A stretch of 64,000 nt of DNA, from NCBI GenBank assembly GCA_963693365.1, contig CAVNZM010000001.1, positions 4,170,907 to 4,234,906 on the forward strand. Direction: 5' to 3'. Positions 23,437-36,078 of the stretch are shown piece by piece. The translations under genes and the position numbers were made by a program. Within the stretch, counting starts at the first letter, position 1; each line of letters starts with the position of its first letter. The notes beneath the pieces are model-generated. The model saw only the letters and a program-made list of their open reading frames with translations, searched no databases and was not told the DNA's origin. The stretch comes from Amoebidium appalachense (Eukaryota > Protista > Ichthyosporea).

Positions 23437-25015
23437 ATGGTTGGAGGTGATAGGCAGAGTTTTCGTGCCCTCACATTTGGCATAATTTGTACATTTTTGT
23501 GCACATTTTCACAACGAGATTTCGCTGCAGCGAGTTTCCCTTTTGGGAACCCCCCAAAAACTATCGCTGACCCAACAGTCCTAACGGGCCCGATAAGAAA
23601 CTTCACGTCGCCGTCAGCCGTACCTCAGGGGGGTCTAAAACCAGGGGAGACTGCCGTCATACCATAAACCCCTCATACCATGCGGGATATACAAGGACAA
23701 CTACATGATAATTACGTCGAGCGGATTGCCGACTGCACCAATAGTTATTAAGGCGCAGGAACCCGGATGTGTCACCTTATATGGCAATAGTTACATTTCC
23801 ATACGTGGAGATTATATTGAAATTCAGGGGTTTATGTTTTACGGTTCCTCCGGGAAAACAGTGTCACAACCAGCTGTGAAATTTGACCGAAATACCAAGG
23901 GGGGTCGTATGATTTTGTGCAGAGTGGATGGGTTTTTCCCCTCGCGTGGTGCAGCCGACGTTAAACAAACAGCAGTTGAAATTTGGGGTGATGGACATCG
24001 GATAGAATGGAACTCTTTTGTTAATATGCAATATCCCGGGGAGCTTATACGAGTAATGGGCCCAAAGTCCGCGAATGTAGAAAGCCGAAATCACCTAATC
24101 GCCTACAACTATTTCGGACCCCGCACCCCCATACCCAGCATTGGCAACGGCGGAGAGATAATCCAAATCGGGTTGGATAATTGGGACCAGGACACTATGT
24201 GTACTATCTCGTACAATTATTTTGACGGGATAGACTCTGACCCAGAGTCCATCAGTGTCAAGGCGTCCTCCAACATAATATCCTCCAACACTTTCGTTTC
24301 CTCTGGCGCAATGGTCTCCGTGCGCTTGGGCTCGAAGAACATCATTGACGGCAATTATTTTTTCTGCAATGGGTTGCTAAGGTGTTCCGGCATTCGTGTC
24401 TTCAACAGAGATAACATCGTTCGCAGCAACTATTTCGACAGGGAGAATGGAAAGGCCGGCTACGAGGCATCGGTATCGGTATTGGGCGGTGATTCCAACC
24501 CTGCAAACAAACTCTTTCCGGCTACCCGCACCCAGGTTTACAGAAATCTGGCTGTGGATTGTCGCTTTTGCCTTGGGCTTGGATATGCGTGGGGCGGAAA
24601 TTTGCCCGCATTAGATACCACTGTCCGAGACAACACTTTTATCAGCAACGGACCTGCTGATTTTTCTATCCGTGTCATATCCCCGGGGGATGACAACACA
24701 CAATTTTCGGGAAATTACTTCTTCAACGGCATGGTGGAGCCACGCAGTTCCCCATACTCCGGTTTTTTGAACGGCAGTGGTCCGGTCGGTGGATATACCG
24801 TATATCCAATGGACGTCCGTGTTCCCAACGGGATAAACCCCCAGGCCCTCCCGCCATTTGACTATCGCCCGGTTGGCAAAACGGAAATCGGAACCCCGGT
24901 CTACCCTCCGCCCAATATCCCATCGGACTCCTCTTCTGGCGCATATTCGAACCATGTGTCGTTTGGAAGCGTCTTGTGGTTCATGTTTTTTTGGTATCCC
25001 ATGTTGGAAGATTAA
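23437..25015 (+). pseudogene. Polysaccharide lyase family 6 (alginate lyase/chondroitinase B-like beta-helix); intronless, frameshifted by a 16-nt insertion
   Basis: Motifs LKPGETAVIP-CGIY, APIVIKAQEPG, HLIAYNYFGPR, NGGEIIQIG, ESISVKASSN, VSVRLG, GIRVF. TCATACCAT is duplicated at 23657-23665 and 23673-23681 around AAACCCC. Deleting 16 nt restores a 520-aa ORF from ATG 23437 with hydrophobic N- and C-termini. A 436-aa ORF remains open from ATG 23705. Confidence 0.85.
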
Positions 25016-25260
25016 ACTGTTTGGTTTTGTTTGTGTTTTTGTTGTGCTGTATGTTGTGGATAGTAAACGAAGTGAAACATCGGCTGATCCCCACTACTCC
25101 CAGCAGCAGATCTGCTCTGATGTAAATATCCATGTATAGTATGTATGTATGTATGATGATTGCACCTGTAAATATACATGTCATGTGAGAAAGTGCATGT
25201 CCCAAAGGCGGTTACACGATGACATACACACATACGCACACATGTGCGCAACCACACACA

Positions 25261-25296
<36 letters not shown>

Positions 25297-25605
25297 AACA
25301 CGCACACGGTTACACACATGAACACGCACACGGTTACACACATGTAAAAGTGCTCACTCACAGAAACACCATGCACGCGGGCACACAAGCACATACAGGC
25401 ACGCACACACGCACACACACATGCAAATACACGTCCACACCCAACACACAGCACCGTGGACCCAATGGGTCAACACCATAATCTTTGTATATCTGCTTTT
25501 TGATGTCGACACCTTGGCTATAAACACTGTTACAGCCAACAAGTGATCGGCATGAAAACTTTCGTACTCCAATACCTTACCATATCCCTCCCTCCCTCCC
25601 TCCCT

Positions 25606-25670
<65 letters not shown>

Positions 25671-25997
25671 CCACACCCCAGCATTCCCTTTACAATGTCG
25701 CCTGCTAACCCAATTAAATTGTAGCTCTTTGCCAAGCACACCTGGTGCAACGTAATACTCGGACCCCTGAATGCAACTGGACAAAATGTATATACCCGAA
25801 GATTACAGCATTATTCACTTGAAACCATGGCATTTCCTGATTTTTGTAAATGGAACCAAAAATGTGCTTGAGCAATATTCCTGCACTTTTTTATTAAGCC
25901 ATACTGAGTATTTGTGTTTCGTTTCATTTATTAGCACGTATAAGAATCATCCATCATCCTTCCCCCCTCCCCCCCCCCCCCCCCCCGTCCCCTCCCC

Positions 25998-26028
<31 letters not shown>

Positions 26029-27196
26029 AGGAAAAAAAAGAGAAAAAGAAGAGAAGAAAAAGCATGCGAAAAGGTGACATCTTTTTTGTGTTTGTGTGTG
26101 CATGTGGGTGGCTGGGTGGAGTGGTGGTGATGGTGACGGTTGTAGGGGGTTGGGGTTTGGGGGGGGGGGGGGGGGGGGGAGGGGGAGGGGGGAGGAGGAT
26201 GGAGGGTGGATATAGGGGGCCGTGCATATAAATTTCTCTCTCTTTCAACCGGAGTGGTGTGTGTGTGTCTGTGTGTGTGTTGGGGGGGGAGGGGGTGGGT
26301 GGGTAGGTGGGGGGGTGGGTTGAGTTTGCCTGGCGGTATAACAGATATTTCTGTGCCCTGTCCAATAATTTCGTCGGTGGTATGATCTTGATGTGTGCTA
26401 GTGCCCCGTGTCTGCCTAGCGCCTAGAACATGCATGCAAGGTGAATCGTGCAGAAAGACCCTGTGCATGCACGCCACTGATACGTTTCCACACACTAGCA
26501 AGCACCCAGACTGGTACGGTGCAATTAAACCATTCATGACAAGACTCGCTATGCAATAGGAGCATATTTTATTATTGTCTTCTTATAATTTCATGTATGT
26601 TTTTGTTGGTGAATAGGTTTCCTGTGGTTGAAATGCTTGTGGCGTCTTGTTTTTGGCTGTGATGATCCTGACATCCCGGACCCAAACCCCAACACCAGTA
26701 CAAAGGCAGAAGTCACCAAACTTTGGGTCAAAAATTATTTCATGATAATGAACCATCTGTCCCTCTCCCCCCTCCACACACACACACACAGGCACACACA
26801 CAACCCTCCTCCCCCTCCCCCCTCCCCCCCCTCCCCCCCCCCCCCCCCCCAACAACAACCGTCCCCCCTCCTCTCCCTCTTCTCCCCTCCCTCCCTCTCT
26901 CTCTTTCTCTCTTTCTCTCTATTCCCGTCCCTCCCCCCCCCCCCCCCCCCCCTTCCCCCCCCCTCCCCCCCCCCCCCCCCCAAAAAAAAAAAAAAGAAGA
27001 AGAAGACAACACCCCCAGCGCCCCCATCACCACCCCATGTTTGCCCGGGCCCTACCCTTCTACCTACCCGCCCGCCCGCCCACCAGCTCTCAAATCGTTG
27101 ACCGCCTGCCAACTCACCGTAGCTATCCTAATGACTCCCCAGTAACTACCAAAGTATTTTTTAATTTACCTCCCCCCTCCACCCGCACCCCCTTCA

Positions 27197-27229
<33 letters not shown>

Positions 27230-28111
27230 CACGCCTCCCCCCCACCCCCACCAGAATTTTAATAACTTAGACACACTCGTAGTGATTCACAGGGCGCCCC
27301 ACAATCATCATTTTTTTCTCCTTTCTCCTGGCAACCCCCCCACCCCACCCACCACCCCACCCCCATTCCCACTCCCTCCCCAGGATTCTCCCTCCCCCTT
27401 CCCCCCATTAGATCCTCCCAAGAAGTTCCCCCCCCCCCCCCCCCCCCGCCCAATCGACATTTGCCCCTCCCCTCCGACCCCCCCCCCCCCCCCCCCCCCC
27501 TCCTCCCCCTCCCTGAACCCACCCGCCCATCCCGGGCCGGCAAGGCCCCGCCAATCACTATCAATTCGACCATCATAACGACCAGATTATCAACGAGATC
27601 GGGTACCGCCTACGGTTCACCTACTGTAATCACCGGTTTCTTCCTTTTCCGATCGAACCATTACATGAACCCGAAGAAACTCATAAAGGGAAGCAATATA
27701 TCTACACGTGCGCACAGCACTGAGACAAGACATGTACATTGCATTATATGCCTACTGTTTTCCTTCACACTGTGCTGACAAAAAATAACCACTTAGGAGA
27801 AAGTACCCTACCAAAAGTGCAGAACGCTCTAGAAAATCTCCTGCTGGGTCTGGCCGGGCAACTGAGGTTTTTTATCTTCAAATTTAAATAATAGTTGGAT
27901 AATCGTGTAGAGATTATCGCGTGATTTTGGTGCTGATCTAATGGAGATACTAGTGGATATTTGTGCCGGAGTGGGCTAAGGGTGACTATCGTGTTTCATT
28001 ACAATTAACTTTGTTAGCTCTTGTCGAATATCATAACCCTATTAGCGTGTTTAAGTTAGAAAGCGAAAGCATCTTTGCACTCAGCTTGACGGTAGGGAGG
28101 GTGTGTGTGTG

Positions 28112-28146
<35 letters not shown>

Positions 28147-28635
28147 GGGGGGGGGGGAGGGGGGGAGGAGGGGAGGGGGGAGGCGGCATTTGTGCCGGGC
28201 AAGCTGGAGAGAGCTCAGAAATGATACATGACCTAGGGGGGTTTCTTTCTGAGGAAAATTGTTTTGGATTGGTCGGCCCGGCAAGTTGGCAAGGTAACCT
28301 AATCAGAAACCAGAGTTTCAACTCGATGAGGCTTATGCCTTATGAGTCCGTGGAGGCGCCACCTCCAAACTGGTGCAAAACTTAGCCAGCTTCCGATGAC
28401 CTCCTTCCCTCCCTCCCCCCCCCTCCCCCCCCCTGTCCTCCTCCCCCCCCCCCCCCTCCCTGCCGACTTCCCCTTTGAAAAAACTACACACAGAGTGGGT
28501 TAAAAGTACCTACAGCTCCCCATGCATCTGGACGAGAGGAAAATGGAGGGAGCAAAAAGCATAATACAGCACTGCGGTGCAGAATAACCTTGGCAATAAG
28601 AGCATGCTAGCAACCAAGTAGGGGTTTTTCGCACT

Positions 28636-28738
28636 CGCCGCAGCCAGATTTTTGGATGTTTTTGTTGACGGACAGGCCGACATTTATTCCAAATCAAATG
28701 CCCCCCCCCCCCCCCCCCCCCCTCCCCTCCCCTCCCCT

Positions 28739-28789
<51 letters not shown>

Positions 28790-29018
28790 AAAGAAAAAAA
28801 AAAAGGTGGCAGCAGCCACTGGGCCTCGTTAGCCCTGCCATCCCACCTTCCCAACCCCCCTCCCCCCTCCCCCCCCTCCCCCCCCCCCCCCCTTCCCCCC
28901 CCCCCCCCCCCCCCCCTTGCTCCCCCACTCCATCTCCCAATTAGGATCATGACAGTGGCTGCCTACAACAGTCGAGAACACTGCGATCACATTTTGGAGG
29001 TTTCTGATTGGCGGACGG
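28636..29018. mobile_element. Diverged partial copy of the MITE at 38393-38967
   Basis: CCGCAGCCAGATTTTTGGATGTT at ~28638 matches 38464-38486. CGATCACATTTT...TTCTGATTGGCGGACG (28984-29017) matches the right end at 38932-38967. Confidence 0.55.
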
Positions 29019-29697
29019 TGTTTGTATTTGGAGAGGTGCAGGGGGGTGGGGGAGGGGGAGGGGGGCCAGGGGCAGGATTCTGCATGGCAAACAATAGAGC
29101 TATGAACATGTTATCTTATCAACCCGGAAGTCAAAAAACACCTGCCACAACAGCTGAGTCCAAATGCTCTGTTATAAATACTAAATAGTTAGGAGTTCAA
29201 CTCTCACACATCTCAACTTGACTTCCACCCACCAGACACGCCCTACCTTCTTCACCTCCTCTATGTACACCCCCACCTGCCTAACCGTCTCCACAGTTCC
29301 CTTTCCACCCATTTCTTCCCTCAACCCACCTCTTTTCGCTTTTCCACCACCTCCCTCTCCCCCAACCCTGCCTTTTCCCATTATCCCCAACGATCTTCTC
29401 CAAACACACCACCGTGACAAAAATGCAGCTGAGGGGAGCCAACATTAATGAGAATTTTTTAAGAAAGAAGATGCAGTGTGAGAAAGACAATTGAGTGGGT
29501 TTCGGCCGGAGTGGGGACGTGGGATGAAAGAGGGGGCTGATCAAGACAATGGATTGCTCTGCCTGTACCATCTTTCGAATCTAGAAAAAGTACTAACCTC
29601 CAAAAAAATATGTTTTTGTCAAACTAGCAAACTGGAGGGGGTGTTCTGTCAGGTTTGCGTCACACGCAATTTCTTTTATATGCGCGCACCGCGCCGC

Positions 29698-29749
<52 letters not shown>

Positions 29750-32079
29750 GCGCGCGCACGCGTGTGCGTGTGTGTGTATGACACTGTGTATGTGGGTGTG
29801 CGCGCGCGCGAGCTTGCGCGAACTTTCGCGTGGAGCTTTTGTGGTTGTGCATTTCTCGAGCCATACTATAAACCTGGTAAAGAGGTCATTCTCAATATGA
29901 TAAACTTTTTGAAGCGAAAATTTCATTATTCCAAGGCAAGCATCTTTCTTGTGTTAAAATTCAGTAAATGCATCATCTCATGTTGATCGACTTTGTTAAC
30001 CAATTCAGGTTGTAGACAACTTTGTAAGTGGAAGAAACTTTTGAAGGAATGTTAAAGACTAAACTTTCGTATTTGTTACTGATTGGTCAAGGGATCCGGG
30101 GTGGTTATGGGAAATTTGGCTGCCGGGGGGTGGGGGGTTGGGGGTGGGGAGGGGTAAAGGGGAGGTTGGAGAGGGGATTCCTTAGAAAGAGGTGTTCTGA
30201 CGAAAACCTCGATATTGGTACCGGTAAGCTTAAGGAGTCCCTCTTCCTCCCCCCACTGCCCTCTCTCAACCTTTAACCCTATTTCCCGCGAGGCGTCTCT
30301 CACTTCCCTCAAATTGTGTGAAAACCAGGTTCTCAGTTGTCCTCTCTCTCTCTCTCTCCCCCTCCCTCCTCTCTCTCTCTCTCTCTCTCTCTCTCGCTCT
30401 CCCCCTCTCCCACTCTCTCCCTTCGCTTGTCTGGCTTTCTCTGACACTACCTGCCCCCCCCCCCCCTCCCCCCCCCCCCCCCCCCCCCCAGGCCTTCATG
30501 CGATTTCCATTCAATCTCGGTCCATAATTATCAGATTCGGAAGGATTTCATCATGATCATGATACTAATACACGCCCCTCCCCCTCGAACAGTCCCCCCC
30601 CCCCCCCCCCCCCCCCCCCCTCCCCCCGAGACCCTTCCCTTTCCCCACCCACCCACCCAGACGCACACATAGAAGCCTCCCCTTACTGCTGATACAAACC
30701 TCATTTGAGGACGGCCACAATCGAACTCGGTGCCCATCTGCCCGCAGTTCGACTTCTTGATGATCGTGGTGTTTAGTCTGGTGGTTCAAAGTGTTGCCAT
30801 ACATACGGCATTGCAAAACGACGGCTCCAAGTAAAATTCTAAAATTCCAACATACTGAATTTCCAACATACTGTACACTATCTCCGGACTCTCTCCCAAC
30901 CAGTTGACCGGCCTACAGATGGTTTTTGTGAGGCACTACTATGACATTTAGTGAAGTTGCCCATCGAGCCCATTTTTTCTGTGAACGTTCGTTAGTATAG
31001 TTACAGCCATACCCGTGTGCAAAATAAAACGTAAAAGTTATAATCAGTGCCCATTGTTCAACCCGCACCAATGTCTTGCTGCATGTGCCACCAGCGTGCG
31101 GCCTGGGCATCCACCATCTGTTGTATGCGAAGCTATTTAGATGTACTGATTCTGCTCCACTCAATTTTGGAATTCGTATTCGCGGCCGCGGGCATGTAGG
31201 CCTAATCCTATGCGCGTGACCACATTAGACGTCATGAGGTGCAGGCACTCGAGCAGGTTTCGGGTCGTGGCCTCGCATGCCTTAATTCTATGCTATTTAA
31301 GCATTTCTTTCATAACTTGGCATGATTTGCGTTATCGAGCGCCTTACAACCGGACATATAACAAGTAACTTGATAAGGCCGTGCACATGTGAGGGGCCCG
31401 CACGAATTCGAATGGTCAGTGGCGATTTATTAGTGTTCTACATACATACATGTCGACGTCCCCCCAAGGCTCCCGATCGAGTTATCATCTCTGCTGAACT
31501 AGGTACTGGCCACCCATGACTGCAGTGTGCTTGGTGAGCTATTGGTTCCTTCGTAGACCGTTCCTAAACTATTTGCTCTGGTTAACGTTGTAGATCTGCC
31601 CAAGCTTGGGCCGAGGCCGGGACTGGGTTTGCCGGGAGTCATTCGGCCGCGAAGCAAATTTGGCCAGTGCAGAGTTTTGTTGGTGTAAATGTGGTTTCGA
31701 ACTTTGTTTTGTTTGAAAGTATGATATACGTGCCACTCTTCTTCGTGTTGCAGGCCTGTAAAATACTGCATGTTTTTATTTATTATATTGATTGCCCATT
31801 TTAATTTTATGCTTTTCCCTGCCTTTGGGTCACTGGCCACGGCGTACACTTTGCAAAGTTTGCATCTGGGCTTATCTAGGGAATGATCGAATTCAGATTT
31901 GGAACTAAATATAGAACCAATCAAAATTCATTATAAATTGTCATTGGCTCACATTAATCATTGGATCTACCAAAAGATCCACCAATTGATAAACTGTAAC
32001 GCCATTATTTGCGGTGGCGGGGCTGCGGGCAGCCAGCCACACAACCGGGGATGCCGAGGCTCATGGCTGCACGCCTGCG

Positions 32080-32086
32080 TATATAA
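32080..32086 (+). promoter_or_regulatory. Putative TATA box
   Basis: TATATAA about 85 nt upstream of ATG 32167. Confidence 0.5.
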
Positions 32087-32166
32087 GAAGGAGCAGGCTT
32101 TTTCTTCACACCACACAGCTTCCTCGCAGAACTAGTGCAAGTGCATCCAGCTACTACCCCTTCAAA

Positions 32167-33270
32167 ATGAAGTGTGCCGTCTTCGCCGTTGTTCTGCCCG
32201 CTGTGGTTATGGGTGCTGCTGTGAAGGACACCCGCAACCTCCATCCCCTTGCCCCTGTTGGCGGCCACGTCCAGGCTGCTGCTGTTGCTCCCGCGGCCAC
32301 CTCCCCTCTCCTCTACCACAACGGGCCCATCATGAAGAACCCCCAGGTCAAGTCCATTTTCTGGGGCAGCAAGTGGGCCAACACGGCCTTCCAGAGCGAC
32401 AAGATCACGGGCATCGACAAGCTGTTCAAGGGCTGGTCCAACAGCTCCTATGCCCGCACCAACATCGAGTACTACGGCACCAACGGCTACGTGCTCCCGA
32501 CCATCCAGTACCAGGGCTATGTCATTGACACCACCAGCACCTACACCGCCAACCCCAACAGCGAGACCACCATTCTGGCCGAGGTCTGCAAGATGATCAA
32601 GACCCCCGACCCCACCGGCAACGGCTTCTACCCCGTCTTCACCGACATTGCTGCCAGCTCCGCCTACCAGTTCTGCGGCTGGCACACCAACGGCCTATGC
32701 AACGGCGTCAACGTGCAGTACGCGTTTTTCTTCGACATGACGGGCTCCACCGGGTGCTTCATGTCCAGCCAGGCCGGCTACAACCACACCAATGCCCTGG
32801 CCGCCCTTGCCTCCGTCACCGCCCACGAGCTCTCGGAGGCTCTCACCGACCCCCAGCCCAGCAGCGGTTGGGTTGATGCTGCAGGCCAGGAGAACGCCGA
32901 TAAGTAAGTGGATTGCTTGCACATCTGTCTGTAAACTGTACTACTAACTGCATGTTTCTAAGGTTAGTTTTCAAGGAAAATTTGCATGCATATTATGTGG
33001 TTGCTGTCACAGGTGGGAAATAATAACAGTACTAATTAATGGCGTGGTGTACCTGACGCAGTCACGGTGTCAGAAGTCAATAAAGTAATTGAAATGAGGC
33101 TCCTAATATTAGTATTGCTAGCTATACAAAAGGGTCATAAGTCTCACTCTCTCCTCCCACACAGGTGCGCGTGGAAGTTCAACGGCGCGCAGACCCTGGC
33201 CGATGGAACCAAGTGGGTGCTGCAGGGCAACTGGGGCAACAGGGCCAACGGCTGCATCTGGGCTGCCTAG
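32167..33270 (+). CDS. Secreted Phi-1/EXORDIUM-like (phosphate-induced protein 1 family) protein, 280 aa, 2 exons
   Basis: Exons 32167-32903 and 33165-33270 with a GT-AG intron. Signal peptide MKCAVFAVVLPAVVMG; motifs LLYHNGPIM, IFWG, FCGWH, HELSEALTDP, GQENADKCAW, WVLQGNW; strong GC3 bias. Confidence 0.88.
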
Positions 33271-33856
33271 AAGTTTAATCATGTTAACCATATGGTGGCA
33301 ATAGCATGAGAAAGTAAAGACAATAGCGTTTCCGCGATTAGAAATTCGATTCCAGATTAGTGTGGTGGCTTGAAAAAGTGGTATTTAGGTAGGCAGCGCC
33401 GGGAAATCTACCCGGTTTCGGCTAAAACTTATCTACTACTCTAACAGTAAAGGCAGATATAATACTGAGAGGCTGTTCTTTACTGAATTAAGACAAAAAG
33501 CACTAGGTTCCCAGTGCATAACTTGCTAAGTGCAAATGTGCTGTTGCGTCGAGAGACGAGTGTTGGCAGTTGAGAGAAGAAGAATAAAAGGGATGGTCTG
33601 AGGTCAGAGGTACTTGATATCTATCAATATTGCTACAGAATAAGTGCAGAATATGTTGGGTGCAAGCACTCATGTGCACGTCTGACCATGCAACATGAAT
33701 CACCAACATAAACACTCTTCCTGGTGACCTATGATCATGATGTAGAGAACACGCACACACACACTCTCTCTCTCTGTCTCTCTGTCTCTCTCTGTATGTG
33801 TGTGTGGACGGTCACACACTGCCACACACCATGTCATGCACATGCAAACACTACCA

Positions 33857-34072
<216 letters not shown>

Positions 34073-34515
34073 CCCGACTCTCTCCCCTCTCTCTTCTTCT
34101 ATCTCTCTGCCGGTGCCGTGTCTGTCTGACTCTCTTTCTTTCTCTCTGTCTTTCCCTCCCTCCTTTTCTTTCTCTTTATAACATTTCTCTCGCTCTCACT
34201 CTTTTTCTCCGGAGCCCCAGGCCCCCCTCCCCCAAGTCCTCCCCGTCCACCCCCCCCCCCCCCCCCCCCCCATCTTTCTCCCCTCTATCTTCCACTTCCC
34301 GTGTGCGGCGTGTGTGTTTGTTCACGTTCTACAGGCCATTGCTTAAAACCTGTAATGGCTGCCTCTCGGATTCATTGCCCCCTCCGCCTCCTTTTCCAAT
34401 CTGGGTTCTTCCTCCCCAATTATCCTCATCCCCCTTCTCCTCCCCAAGTGTTCTGCTCAGAGAATCATTTCTCTCGCGTGCAATTTTCTTTCTGCTATTG
34501 GTGCACAATTGAGGA

Positions 34516-34620
<105 letters not shown>

Positions 34621-34760
34621 CGTAGGCACAGACACACACCAAGGCTCCCTCTCCCGCTCTCTTATTATGTCTGTCTCTCTGTCGCCCATTTCCCTCTCTC
34701 TTCACTGCCCGCACTCGGGAGTCCTCTCCCGCCCTTCCCCTCTCTCCTTCATCCCTCCCC

Positions 34761-34802
<42 letters not shown>

Positions 34803-34965
34803 CTTACCATCATTCTCAGTTCAATAACCTTCCCGGCCAAACTCTTAAACACCACTCACCCACATCCACTGACATACCACAACACACACGGGCGCACACG
34901 CACACGCCACACATCACACTCCTCACACGGTGACCGACATACACTCACATATACACACGCGCGCG

Positions 34966-34997
<32 letters not shown>

Positions 34998-35025
34998 ATA
35001 AACACACACAAACACACACACCGTG

Positions 35026-35059
<34 letters not shown>

Positions 35060-35112
35060 GCACACACATACACACCAAACACGCGCACACACCACACACG
35101 CCCATGCCATGC

Positions 35113-35157
<45 letters not shown>

Positions 35158-35171
35158 ACACACACGCACCA

Positions 35172-35206
<35 letters not shown>

Positions 35207-35222
35207 GCGCGCACACACGCAC

Positions 35223-35303
<81 letters not shown>

Positions 35304-35628
35304 GTGACTGTCTGACGTATACACAATCCACACGTATACACAGAAATGCACACACATTCACGCAAAACAAAGCACATGCTAGGGAAGTCAGAGCGCCTGC
35401 CCCCCCTCCCCTCCCCTCCCCCTCTCCTCACCCCCCCCCCCCCTCCCCCAGGCTTCCTCCCATTCCACGCCACGCCACCCTACCGCCCTCTCTCCCCACG
35501 TGACCCGATTTTTCTTCCAGGCTCGATAGCTCCTAGTGTCCCATTTTATTTCCAGAATTCCAGCATTATTTATCTTATAGGCGTGTTATCTTAATCCTGA
35601 ATGACCCCACGGACGACGGGCATGTGTG

Positions 35629-35752
<124 letters not shown>

Positions 35753-35774
35753 GGGGGGGGGGGGGGGTTGCTCC

Positions 35775-36078
35775 GAGCAGAATTATTCTGCAAAAGCAGA
35801 ATCGATTCGCTAAAAGCAGAATCACTCTGCAAACACCAGAATCAATCTGCTAAAAGCGGAGTCAATCTGCTAAAAGCAGAGTTATTCTGCTAAAAGCAGA
35901 ATTATTCTGCTGTCGAAAGCAGAATGATTCTGCTTTTTGCATAATAATCCTGCTAAAAGCAGAATAATTCTGCTTAAAGCGGAGTGATTCTGTTGAAAGC
36001 TGAGTGATTCTGCTTTTGCAGAATAATTCTGCTCTTTTTGCTGAATAATTCTGCTTTTGCAGAATAATTTTGCTTTTT
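35775..36078. mobile_element. MITE/foldback-like element built from ~15 palindromic GCAGAATNATTCTGC units
   Basis: 15-nt palindromes joined by 4-7 nt A/T-rich linkers. Perfect 29-bp inverted repeat GAGCAGAATTATTCTGCAAAAGCAGAATC at 35775-35803 and 36006-36034. Confidence 0.7.

Noticed and set aside
27560-30840. Exon-like patches, including LREVRDASREIGLKV, faintly like a LINE RT segment
   Set aside because: No YADD or other RT motif, stops intervene, and no coherent gene model emerged.
32005-32685. 226-aa minus-strand ORF
   Set aside because: Antisense shadow of the GC3-rich Phi-1-like exon.
35775-36078. CRISPR-like array of palindromic repeats
   Set aside because: Linkers are only 4-7 nt and not unique; no cas genes; eukaryotic context.
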